Source of the DNA: Pseudomonadota bacterium
GTDB taxonomy: Bacteria > Bdellovibrionota_G > JALEGL01 > DATDPG01
NCBI GenBank assembly: GCA_043809315.1
Contig: JAZDDX010000020.1
Span: 72,031 to 136,030 of the forward strand
Length of the DNA: 64,000 nucleotides
Direction: 5' to 3'
Below, piece by piece: positions 27,603 through 35,885 of this stretch; positions within the stretch are counted from its first letter, which is position 1; each line of letters begins with the position of its first letter. Under the pieces are notes generated by a model. It was given only the letters and a program-made list of their open reading frames with translations. It was not told the origin of the DNA and ran no database searches. A program made the position numbers and the translations under genes.

Positions 27603-28562
27603 CTACTCCCGGATTCCCATGACGAGGGCCAGGAGCGACATCCGCATCACGACGCCGTTGAACGCCTCCTGCCAGTACCGCGACCAGCGGGTGATATCGA
27701 CATCCGAGGGGATCTCGTCCATCCGCGGGAGCGAATGGAGAAGGATCGCGTCCGACTTCGCTTTCTTCGAGAGAAGCTCGCGCGTGATCTTGTAGTTGGC
27801 GGGGGTCAAATCGACCTCCTGCCCCTTATCCCGTTCCTGCCGCGACTTCGTGTAGTCGGGCTGAACGACCGGCTCGACCAGGATGACGTCGGCGTCGCCG
27901 ATCGCCTGCTCGACATGCTCCGCTTCCTTGAAGTTCAGGTTGTACTCTTTCAGCTCCTTCTTGAACTCCGGCTTCAAGCTCAGCTCCGGGGGAGCGACGA
28001 ACGTGATCGGGCAGTCGAACTGCGTGAGGGCGTAGGCCAAGGAGTGCATCGTCCGCATCCGCATGTCGCCGACCGCGAGCCATTTGAGGCCGTCGATCCG
28101 TCCCTTTTCCTGCTGCACAGTATAGAGGTCGGTCAGAATTTGCGTCGGGTGTTCGCCCCAGCCGTCGCCGCCGTTGATGATCGGAACGGAGGCCCACTTC
28201 GCCGCTTCGTGCGGGGCCCCTTGTTGGAAGTGCCGCATGACGATCACGTCGCCGTAGAACTCGAGCATCTTGACCGTGTCTTTGATCGACTCCTGATAAA
28301 AGTCGCCGGCCCGGGTCATTTTCGCATCGGAGAAGCCGTTCACGTGGCCGCCGAGACGGTGCATTGCCGCCTCGTGCGCGAGGCGCGTACGGGTTGACGG
28401 CTGATAGAACGCCGTCACCATCGTCTTGTCCTTCAATAGGTCGCTGTTTCGCCGGTTCCGAGCGATCGGCTCCAGCTCCTTGGCCACCTCGAACGTCCGG
28501 AAGAACTCGTTCCGTTCGAAATCTTTAAGCGAAAGAATGTCCCGTCCCGCGAAGCTGCGCAT
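27603..28562 (-). CDS. Aspartate carbamoyltransferase-like transcarbamylase with a divergent substrate site
   Basis: PSTRTR, NGGDG..EHPTQ, HSLPR. Lacks the TRxQxER aspartate-binding motif. Confidence 0.8.
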   Translation of the reverse strand: MRSFAGRDILSLKDFERNEFFRTFEVAKELEPIARNRRNSDLLKDKTMVTAFYQPSTRTRLAHEAAMHRLGGHVNGFSDAKMTRAGDFYQESIKDTVKMLEFYGDVIVMRHFQQGAPHEAAKWASVPIINGGDGWGEHPTQILTDLYTVQQEKGRIDGLKWLAVGDMRMRTMHSLAYALTQFDCPITFVAPPELSLKPEFKKELKEYNLNFKEAEHVEQAIGDADVILVEPVVQPDYTKSRQERDKGQEVDLTPANYKITRELLSKKAKSDAILLHSLPRMDEIPSDVDITRWSRYWQEAFNGVVMRMSLLALVMGIRE

Positions 28563-28700
28563 GATTTATATCTCCTTAAATTTATTCATATTTTGAATAT
28601 CGACCGCGACCCCTCTCGCGACTCGGAACTCGATTACCTATATCCAAAGCGGCTTTGCCGCAAGTTTCCCGGGAGGGGAAATAGGTATGGTGTCCCCCGA

Positions 28701-30020
28701 TTAGAACCGGGCCCAGAGGGCGGTGGAGAGCTCGCGGGCACGGGCGGAAATGCGGGGTTCGTCGATCCCGATCAACTTCTTCCCTTGCATGAGAACCTTC
28801 CCGCCGACGATCGTCGTGTCGCACGCGACCTGCGACAACCCGAACAGCAGGTGCCCCAGGAACGTCTGGTCGCTGAACTCGGTCGGCGGGTCGTAGTCGA
28901 AGAGGGCGAAGTCGGCCTTGTACCCTTCCCGGATCTCTCCGATCTTCGCCGGGAAAAGCCTCTGCGCGATCTTTGCGTTGTTCGAAAGGAGGGCGTTCAA
29001 GACCTCCATGAACCCGACGCTCGGCTCCTTCTTCGAAAGATGAAGCACCCAGAGCGCGCACCGGGCCTCCTCCAACATGTTCTCGGTCATCGCGTCGGTC
29101 CCCAAGCCAACCAGGATCTTTTTCTGAACCATCTTCAGGAGATCTGCGACGCCGACTGCGTTGTTCATGTTCGACTGCGGGTTGTGGACCAGGATCGTGT
29201 CGCTCTCGGCCAGAAGATCCATCTCCCGGTCATTCAAGTGAACGCCGTGGGCACAGATCGTTTTCTTCCCGAGTATCCCGAACTTCTTGAGCCGCTCGAC
29301 GACGCGCATCTTGTGCGTCTTCTCGCACTGTTCCTGGTCGGATGCCGCTTCGGCCGTATGGACATGAAATCCGGCGTTCAAACCCCTCGACGCCTCCACT
29401 GCGCGCTCCAACGTCTTGTCCCCGATCGTGAATTGCGCATGCAACCCGAAGAGACCGGTCAACCGGTCGGTCGGCTTCCGCTTTAAGAACTCGACGTTCT
29501 CCTGGATCCCTTCGGCAGCTTTTTCCGGACCATCCCGGTCGGAAAGCTCGTAACAGAGGCAGGCCCGAATTCCGGTTTCCGCGACGGCATCGGCAATCTT
29601 CGATAACGACCCGGTGATAGCGAACGGGCTCGCATGGTGATCGATCCCCGTCGTCGTCCCGTGGCGGATCGCATCGATCGCGGTCAAGAGGGCACTGTAA
29701 TAGTTGTCGTCGGCGGTCAGTTTCTTGTCCAGCCTCCACCAGAGATTCTCCAGTACTTCGACGAAGTTCTTCGACAGCTTCGCCTTCCCGAGGCCTCGCG
29801 AAAAAGCGCTATAGAAATGGGTGTGGGCGTTGATGAAGCCGGGGAGAACGACTTTCCCCTTGGCATCGATCGTCGTGTCGGTCTTCTCTTTTCCGAGTTC
29901 AGAGTCGGGTCCGACCTTACGGATCGTGTCCTCTTCGACCAGAACCGAATGATTCGGGAGAACCCGGTTCGAAGCTCCCAACGTCACGACCGTCCCGTTC
30001 CGGATCAACATTCGCTTCAT
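28701..30020 (-). CDS. ssnA: SsnA-like amidohydrolase
   Basis: PGFINAHTHFYS, LWWRLD, DHHAS, FGLHA, HNPQSNMNNAVG, GLGTD. Confidence 0.88.
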   Translation of the reverse strand: MKRMLIRNGTVVTLGASNRVLPNHSVLVEEDTIRKVGPDSELGKEKTDTTIDAKGKVVLPGFINAHTHFYSAFSRGLGKAKLSKNFVEVLENLWWRLDKKLTADDNYYSALLTAIDAIRHGTTTGIDHHASPFAITGSLSKIADAVAETGIRACLCYELSDRDGPEKAAEGIQENVEFLKRKPTDRLTGLFGLHAQFTIGDKTLERAVEASRGLNAGFHVHTAEAASDQEQCEKTHKMRVVERLKKFGILGKKTICAHGVHLNDREMDLLAESDTILVHNPQSNMNNAVGVADLLKMVQKKILVGLGTDAMTENMLEEARCALWVLHLSKKEPSVGFMEVLNALLSNNAKIAQRLFPAKIGEIREGYKADFALFDYDPPTEFSDQTFLGHLLFGLSQVACDTTIVGGKVLMQGKKLIGIDEPRISARARELSTALWARF

Positions 30021-32584
30021 TACAGCACCTTCTTGTCTTTGATCGGCAGCGTGTACCGCCGTTTCTTGTCGTACTGGTAGAGTGCGTTCGCGACCGCCGC
30101 CGGTGTCGGGACGAGGCCGATCTCGCCGACCCCCTTCGCGCCGAACGGACCGTTCGGATCGGCCACCTCAACTCCTTTGACCACCACCTTCGGCATTTGC
30201 TTCGCGCGGAGAACACCGCACTTCGCCAGCTTATCGAAGACCAGGTGCCCGTCCTTCATCGGAAGCTCTTCTGTCAGCGCATACCCGAGCCCCATATGGA
30301 TCGACCCCTCGATCTGCCCCTCGAAGAGGGTCGGGTTCATGATCCTCCCGGCGTCGTGGGCGGCATAAACCGTGTCGATCTTGCCGTTTTCATCGAGCAC
30401 CACGACCTGAGTCGCATACCCGTACGAGTAGTGCGTGTGATGCTCCCCCTTCTCGTTGGGATGGTCCGGCTTCGTCGTCCAATCGCAGTTCCATTCCCCG
30501 GCGTAAAGCTTGCCCGAAAGCTCTTTCAAGCTCTTCTTCTTGAGATCGGCTTTCAGCTCTTTGCAGGCATTGATCACCGAATGAGCCAGGAGCGACGTCC
30601 CGCGCGAAGCGGTCGTCATCCCGCAGACCGCCTCGGCCGATGTGTCGACCCGGACCTCCACGATCGACGGGTCGATCCCGGTCTCCTCGCAGAGCGCCTG
30701 GACCCCCATCGTGTGGATCCCCTGCCCCATCTCGGTCCAGCCATGATGGAGAATCACTTTTTTCTCCGAAACGATCTCGATCTTGCACCGGCCAGTGTCC
30801 CACATCCCGTTTCCGATCCCGGTGTTCTTGATGCCGCAGGCGATCCCGGCATGTTTCGCTTTCCGAAAGACGTCTTTGAGCGCAAGGAGCGTCTGGCGGA
30901 CCCCCGCACCGCCCCGAATGATCTGTCCGGTCGTGATCATCTCTCCGTCCCGGACGGCGTTGTCATACCGGAACTGCCACCGGTCGAATCCCCCCTTTTC
31001 GCAGAGTTCGTCGATCAAGCTTTCGATTGCAAAGGTCGACTGGGGGACGCCGAACCCCCGCATCGCCCCACACGGGATGTTGTTGGTGTAGACCTCGAGC
31101 CCTTCGACGTCGACGTTCGGGACGATGTACGCCCCCGCCGCGTGCCCCACGGCCCGCTCGACGACCTTGGCCCCGACTGAAGCGTAGGCGCCGCCGTCGG
31201 CAACCATTCGTGCGTAGAGAGCGGTCAGCTTCCCGTTCTTGTCACACCCGACCTTGTAATCCATGACGAACGGGTGGCGCTTCGGGTGCATCCGAATCGA
31301 CTCGGTCCGGTCGAGAATGATTCCAACCGGCTTTTTTGTGAGCCAAGAAGCGAGCGCCGCATGCCCCTGAACGGTCAGGTCTTCTTTCCCTCCGAACCCT
31401 CCCCCGGTTTCGACCTGAATGACGTTCACGTTCGATTCGGGAAGTTTCAGGAGCTTGGCGATCTGGGTCCGATCTTCGTACGCCCCCTGCCCCTGGGAGA
31501 AGACTTTGAGCCCCTCCTTGGACGGTTCGACGAAGCAGGCTTCCGGCTCGGCGAAGGCATGTTCGACCCGTTGAGTGGTGAAACGTCCTTCCGACCGGTA
31601 GGCAGACTCAGCTAATGTTTTTTCTACATTTCCACGCTTAACCATGCTTACCGAAAGAATATTTCCATTCTTATGAATCTTCGGTGCTTGCGGTTTCAGA
31701 GCTTCGAACGGATCGGTGACGGGAGTCAGAACCTCATACTTTATCTCGATCGCGTCGACCGCTTTTCGGGCGATCGACACGCTATCGGCGGCAACGCAAG
31801 CGAGGACATCTCCGATGTATCGGGTCTCCTCCCCTTCCCGGATCATGAGCGGCCAGTCTGGGGTAATCGTCCCCATCCTCCGGTCGCCGGGGATCTCCTT
31901 GGCGGTGAAGATCCCTTGGACGCCGGGGATCTTCTTCGCCTTCGACGTGTCGATCGAGACGACCTGAGCACGGGGGTGATCGCTGAACTTGAGCGCCCCG
32001 TGGAGCATCCCGTCCCGTTTCATGTCGCCGACGAAGATGTGCCGGCCGAGAACGAGATCGCGGGCGTTGTATTTCGAGTATCGCTTCCCGACACCGGCGG
32101 AGAGAGTCTTGCGAGGGACCTTCTTGTTCTCCCGGATTGCTTCCGCCGCCAGGAGGATCGCATCGACGATCTTGTGGTACCCGGTGCAGCGGCAGAGGCT
32201 CTTATTCAGATTCTGGACGACCTGTTCGCGGGTCGGGGTCGGATTCTTATCCAGCATCGCTTTCGCCTGGATCACGATCCCCGGCGTGCAGAAGCCGCAT
32301 TGGACCGCTCCTTTTTCGACGAACGCATCGGCGAACGCGTCCTGGATTCGCGGCTCCCATCCCTCGATGGTGACGACCTTGGCCCCTTCCACATCCTTCA
32401 TCAGCGTGTGACAGGAAAGGGTGGTCTTGTTCTCCAGTTCTACGGAACAGTACCCGCAGGCTCCCTCCCCCGCACAACCCTTTCGGACGGAGGTCAGCCC
32501 CGCGATGTCACGCAGGTAGTCGAAGAGAGAGAGTTCCGGATCGCCCGAGTAGTTGATCTCCTTGCTGTTGAGCCGAAACCGCAT
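30020..32584 (-). CDS. Single-chain (2Fe-2S + Mo) xanthine dehydrogenase-family hydroxylase, selenium-dependent type
   Basis: 854 aa. N-terminal GCAGEGACGYC / QCGFCTPG / CRCTGY, then GGGFGGKE, GAMRGFG, KNTGIGNG, KGVGE. Adjacent to ssnA. Selenium dependence is inferred from family resemblance only. Confidence 0.8.
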   Translation of the reverse strand: MRFRLNSKEINYSGDPELSLFDYLRDIAGLTSVRKGCAGEGACGYCSVELENKTTLSCHTLMKDVEGAKVVTIEGWEPRIQDAFADAFVEKGAVQCGFCTPGIVIQAKAMLDKNPTPTREQVVQNLNKSLCRCTGYHKIVDAILLAAEAIRENKKVPRKTLSAGVGKRYSKYNARDLVLGRHIFVGDMKRDGMLHGALKFSDHPRAQVVSIDTSKAKKIPGVQGIFTAKEIPGDRRMGTITPDWPLMIREGEETRYIGDVLACVAADSVSIARKAVDAIEIKYEVLTPVTDPFEALKPQAPKIHKNGNILSVSMVKRGNVEKTLAESAYRSEGRFTTQRVEHAFAEPEACFVEPSKEGLKVFSQGQGAYEDRTQIAKLLKLPESNVNVIQVETGGGFGGKEDLTVQGHAALASWLTKKPVGIILDRTESIRMHPKRHPFVMDYKVGCDKNGKLTALYARMVADGGAYASVGAKVVERAVGHAAGAYIVPNVDVEGLEVYTNNIPCGAMRGFGVPQSTFAIESLIDELCEKGGFDRWQFRYDNAVRDGEMITTGQIIRGGAGVRQTLLALKDVFRKAKHAGIACGIKNTGIGNGMWDTGRCKIEIVSEKKVILHHGWTEMGQGIHTMGVQALCEETGIDPSIVEVRVDTSAEAVCGMTTASRGTSLLAHSVINACKELKADLKKKSLKELSGKLYAGEWNCDWTTKPDHPNEKGEHHTHYSYGYATQVVVLDENGKIDTVYAAHDAGRIMNPTLFEGQIEGSIHMGLGYALTEELPMKDGHLVFDKLAKCGVLRAKQMPKVVVKGVEVADPNGPFGAKGVGEIGLVPTPAAVANALYQYDKKRRYTLPIKDKKVL

Positions 32585-32659
32585 GGCGCCTTACCTCCCG
32601 CGGGAGGCAGATTATCCTGACTCCCCTCGGATCGCTATATCGTATATTGTCCGACCCCT

Positions 32660-35158
32660 ATGCCGATCATGACCGAAGCCCAGATCCGTCACGAGATTTC
32701 GCGGTGCGAGTACTGCGAGAAGAAACCGTGCCGGGACGGCTGCCCCGCGCACTGCTCCCCGGCCGATTTCATCATGGCGATCCGGGTCGGTTCCCAGGCC
32801 GATTACCTCCGCGCCGCCGGCGAGATCTTGGGCAAAAACCCCCTCGGCGGGATCTGCGGGGCGGTCTGCCCCGAGCGTCATTGCATGGCAGCCTGCTCCC
32901 GTGAGGCGCTCGACAAGCCGATCGAGATCCCGAGCCTCCAGGAAACGATCATCCGGAAAGCGGCCGGCGGAACGGGGTATCCGGTGTTCGAAGAACCGCT
33001 GGAGAATGGAAAAAAGATCGCGATCATCGGTTCCGGCCCATCCGGCCTCGCCGCGGCCTTCACTCTTTCCCACCTCGGATACCGTGTCGAGATCTTCGAA
33101 CAGGACCGGCGACCCGGAGGGGCCCTAAACCTGATCCCCCCGCACCGTCTCCCTCCGGAAGTCCTGAATGGAGACCTCAAGTTTCTCCTTTCGTCGAAAC
33201 GGATCACGCTTCACCTCGGCGAGAAGATCTCCAACCCGAAACACCTGGTCGGCTACGACGCCGTGATCGTGGCGGTCGGGTTGACCGACCCGGTCCGGCT
33301 CGGGATCCCCGGGGAGGAGAAAGCGATCACCGGGTGGGAGTACCTCTCGGACCCAGCACAGTTGAAAATCCATGGTCCGGTCGCCGTGATCGGCGGCGGA
33401 GCGGTCGCGCTCGACTGCGCCGTCACCGCACGCCGCAGGGGGGCGAAACAGGTCGAGATCTTCTCGCTCGAAAAGTTCAGCGAGATGCCGCTTGCCGCTC
33501 GCGAACGACACGAGATTCTCGAAACCGGTATCCATGTGAACGGACGAATGCGCGTCACGAAGATCGTGACCGGCCCCGGCGGAATCACTGGGATCGAAAC
33601 CGTCCGGATCGCCTATCCGAAGGGGGATCGGAGCCTCGACGCCACACCCGAGAAACCGGAACCGTTCGATCCGAGGGGGATCGTCGATCTTCCCGGAACG
33701 GAGCAGAAGCGTCCCGGATTTGACCACGTCATCGTCGCAATCGGGCAACGCCCGTCGATCAAGACAACCGCCGACATGCACGTCGCCGGCGACTGCGTGA
33801 CCGGTCCTTCGACCGTCGTCGAGGCCGCAGCCGAGGGGAAAAGCATCGCGGTCGAGATTCACTCCCGTCTGACCGGTACGCCGTACGTCTGCCCCGACCG
33901 CCCGCGGAAGAGCCGTGCCACGATCTCCGGATTCCGGAATTGCCCCGTTCCGCTCGAGACCGATTTCTTCGGCCGGAAGATCCCCTCCCCCTTCCTCCTT
34001 TCCGCCGCCCCACCGACCGACGGGTACGAGCAGATGAAGAAAGGGCTCCAGGCAGGATGGGCCGGCGGGATCATGAAGACGGCGTTCGACGGGATCCCGA
34101 TTCATATCCCCTCCGAGTACATGTTTACGTTCGACTCCAAGACGTGGGGAAACTGCGACAACGTCTCGGGGCACGCGCTCGAACGCGTTTGTCGAGAGGT
34201 CGAAAAGCTGACGAAAGAGTTCCCCGATCGGCTGATCATGGCATCGACCGGTGGTCCGGTGACCGGGAATGACGCCGATGACGCGAAGGGGTGGCTAAGC
34301 AACACGAAGAAGCTCGAGTCGGCCGGCGTGATGGGGATCGAGTATTCGCTTTCCTGCCCGCAAGGGGGGGACGGCACCGAAGGGGACATCGTTTCCCAGA
34401 ATGCGGCGCTGACGGTGAAGATCATCGAGTGGGTTCTTCAAAAGAGTGACCCAAACGTCCCAAAGCTGTTCAAACTGACGGCCGCGGTCACCTCCATCCC
34501 GAGCATCGTCGCGCCGATCAAAGTGCTCTTATCCAAATACCCAAAAGCGAAGGTCGGGATCACGCTCGCGAACACTTTCCCGACCCTCGCCTTCCGTCCG
34601 GCGAGCGGAAAGAAGTGGGACGAAGGAGTGATCGTCGGGATGAGCGGCGAAGGGGTGACGCCGATCAGCAACCTGACGCTGGCAAAGGTGGCGCCATTGG
34701 GCGTCGCAGTCTCCGGGAATGGCGGGCCGATGAACTACAAGGCGGCCGCCGATTTCCTGGCCTTGGGAGCCCGCACGGTTCAGTTCTGCACCGCCGCGAT
34801 GAAGTACGGATATGGCGTGATCGATGAGTTGCACTCCGGGTTGAGCTATCTCATGAAAGAGCGAGGCATCGGTTCGGTGGAGGAGCTGATCGGCATCGCC
34901 CTCCCGAATCCGGTGACCGACTTCATGGCGCTTTCGGCGACCAAGGGGATCTCCGCGGCACACGACGAGATCTGTGTGAGCTGCGGCAACCGCACCCGCT
35001 GTCCGTACCTTGCAATCACGCTCGACACCCAGAACCACCCCGTGACCGACGCATCGAAATGCGTCGGGTGCAGCATCTGCGCGAAGATGTGCATGTCGGG
35101 GGCGCTCTATCTTCGGGAACGAACCGCCGATGAGTTGGTTTCTCTTAAGGAAAGCTGA
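32660..35158 (+). CDS. Dihydropyrimidine dehydrogenase-like single-chain fusion (GltD/PreT + PreA FMN barrel + ferredoxin)
   Basis: RCEYC...C...CP, CGAVCP, GSGPSG, GGGAVA, SLSCP, KLT, ANT, GNGG, and a C-terminal CVGCSICAKMC. Confidence 0.8.
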   Translation: MPIMTEAQIRHEISRCEYCEKKPCRDGCPAHCSPADFIMAIRVGSQADYLRAAGEILGKNPLGGICGAVCPERHCMAACSREALDKPIEIPSLQETIIRKAAGGTGYPVFEEPLENGKKIAIIGSGPSGLAAAFTLSHLGYRVEIFEQDRRPGGALNLIPPHRLPPEVLNGDLKFLLSSKRITLHLGEKISNPKHLVGYDAVIVAVGLTDPVRLGIPGEEKAITGWEYLSDPAQLKIHGPVAVIGGGAVALDCAVTARRRGAKQVEIFSLEKFSEMPLAARERHEILETGIHVNGRMRVTKIVTGPGGITGIETVRIAYPKGDRSLDATPEKPEPFDPRGIVDLPGTEQKRPGFDHVIVAIGQRPSIKTTADMHVAGDCVTGPSTVVEAAAEGKSIAVEIHSRLTGTPYVCPDRPRKSRATISGFRNCPVPLETDFFGRKIPSPFLLSAAPPTDGYEQMKKGLQAGWAGGIMKTAFDGIPIHIPSEYMFTFDSKTWGNCDNVSGHALERVCREVEKLTKEFPDRLIMASTGGPVTGNDADDAKGWLSNTKKLESAGVMGIEYSLSCPQGGDGTEGDIVSQNAALTVKIIEWVLQKSDPNVPKLFKLTAAVTSIPSIVAPIKVLLSKYPKAKVGITLANTFPTLAFRPASGKKWDEGVIVGMSGEGVTPISNLTLAKVAPLGVAVSGNGGPMNYKAAADFLALGARTVQFCTAAMKYGYGVIDELHSGLSYLMKERGIGSVEELIGIALPNPVTDFMALSATKGISAAHDEICVSCGNRTRCPYLAITLDTQNHPVTDASKCVGCSICAKMCMSGALYLRERTADELVSLKES

Positions 35159-35162
35159 TCCG

Positions 35163-35885
35163 TCACTTCTTCGAATCGGGCCCGATCGGAATCACGTCGT
35201 CTGAAAGATAGATGCCGAGAGGGCTGACGCCGGGTTTCCCTACCGGGACCCGTTCCCCCCTCTTCTTGAAATAATCTTTCCAGATTTTCCACGCACGATC
35301 GCGAGGGTTTCGCGGATCCCCGAAGTACATCGGCCGATACGAAAACAGTCTGCGATTGGGCAAGGCCTTGGAGAAGACGTCCGCGACCAGCTCAGAGCAA
35401 TAGTACTTCCCGTTATTCCGGAGAAACGCTTCGTCGTAAGGTCTCCCCAAATATCGCTTCGCGACCCCGACGATGCGCACGCGATCCTCCAAGGAAAGAC
35501 CCCGGATGTGTCCGAACCGCCGCCGTTGTTCGGGGTGCGGAAGCTTCCTCAGGCGGGCACTCACTTTTTCATACGGAGTCCGTTGAACCCCGTCCCAAGC
35601 CTCGTACAGGAACCAGCGCCCCTCCTCCTCTGAAAGAATACCGACATGCGACAGAGAGGGTCCCTTCACGCGGAATTGCCGTTTCGTGACGTCCGCGATC
35701 GCGTCACACAACTTGCCGCATCCCAAATCAAGAAACACGAGATCGCCGGACTGAATCGCCGGCGGACTCGCAACGGGCGGAGGAGGGGGTGGGACACACG
35801 CCGAAGAGATGAGTCCGACAAGGAGCGCCAGGATTCTGAATTCGGGGTTCAGTCGTTTGTCCCCATTACCGGAATTCCCGGACAA
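35163..35885 (-). CDS. YiiX/YebB-like permuted papain-like (NlpC/P60) lipoprotein
   Basis: Lipobox-like ISSAC, GDLVF, SHVGI, LGRPYD, YYCSELV (His before Cys). Confidence 0.8.
   Translation of the reverse strand: MSGNSGNGDKRLNPEFRILALLVGLISSACVPPPPPPVASPPAIQSGDLVFLDLGCGKLCDAIADVTKRQFRVKGPSLSHVGILSEEEGRWFLYEAWDGVQRTPYEKVSARLRKLPHPEQRRRFGHIRGLSLEDRVRIVGVAKRYLGRPYDEAFLRNNGKYYCSELVADVFSKALPNRRLFSYRPMYFGDPRNPRDRAWKIWKDYFKKRGERVPVGKPGVSPLGIYLSDDVIPIGPDSKK

Noticed and set aside
26619-28562. Calling these argF and pyrB (arginine deiminase pathway or pyrimidine biosynthesis)
   Set aside because: The substrate-specific motifs are missing, there is no arcA or pyrC/pyrI, and the context is ssnA/xdh/arcC.
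28575-28600. ArgR (ARG) box
   Set aside because: Only a TGAATA half-site matches, and the palindrome has the opposite orientation to an ARG box.
30020-35158. Selenocysteine (UGA) read-through in the redox genes
   Set aside because: The ORFs are complete without an internal TGA, and the TGA stops seen coincide with expected protein ends.
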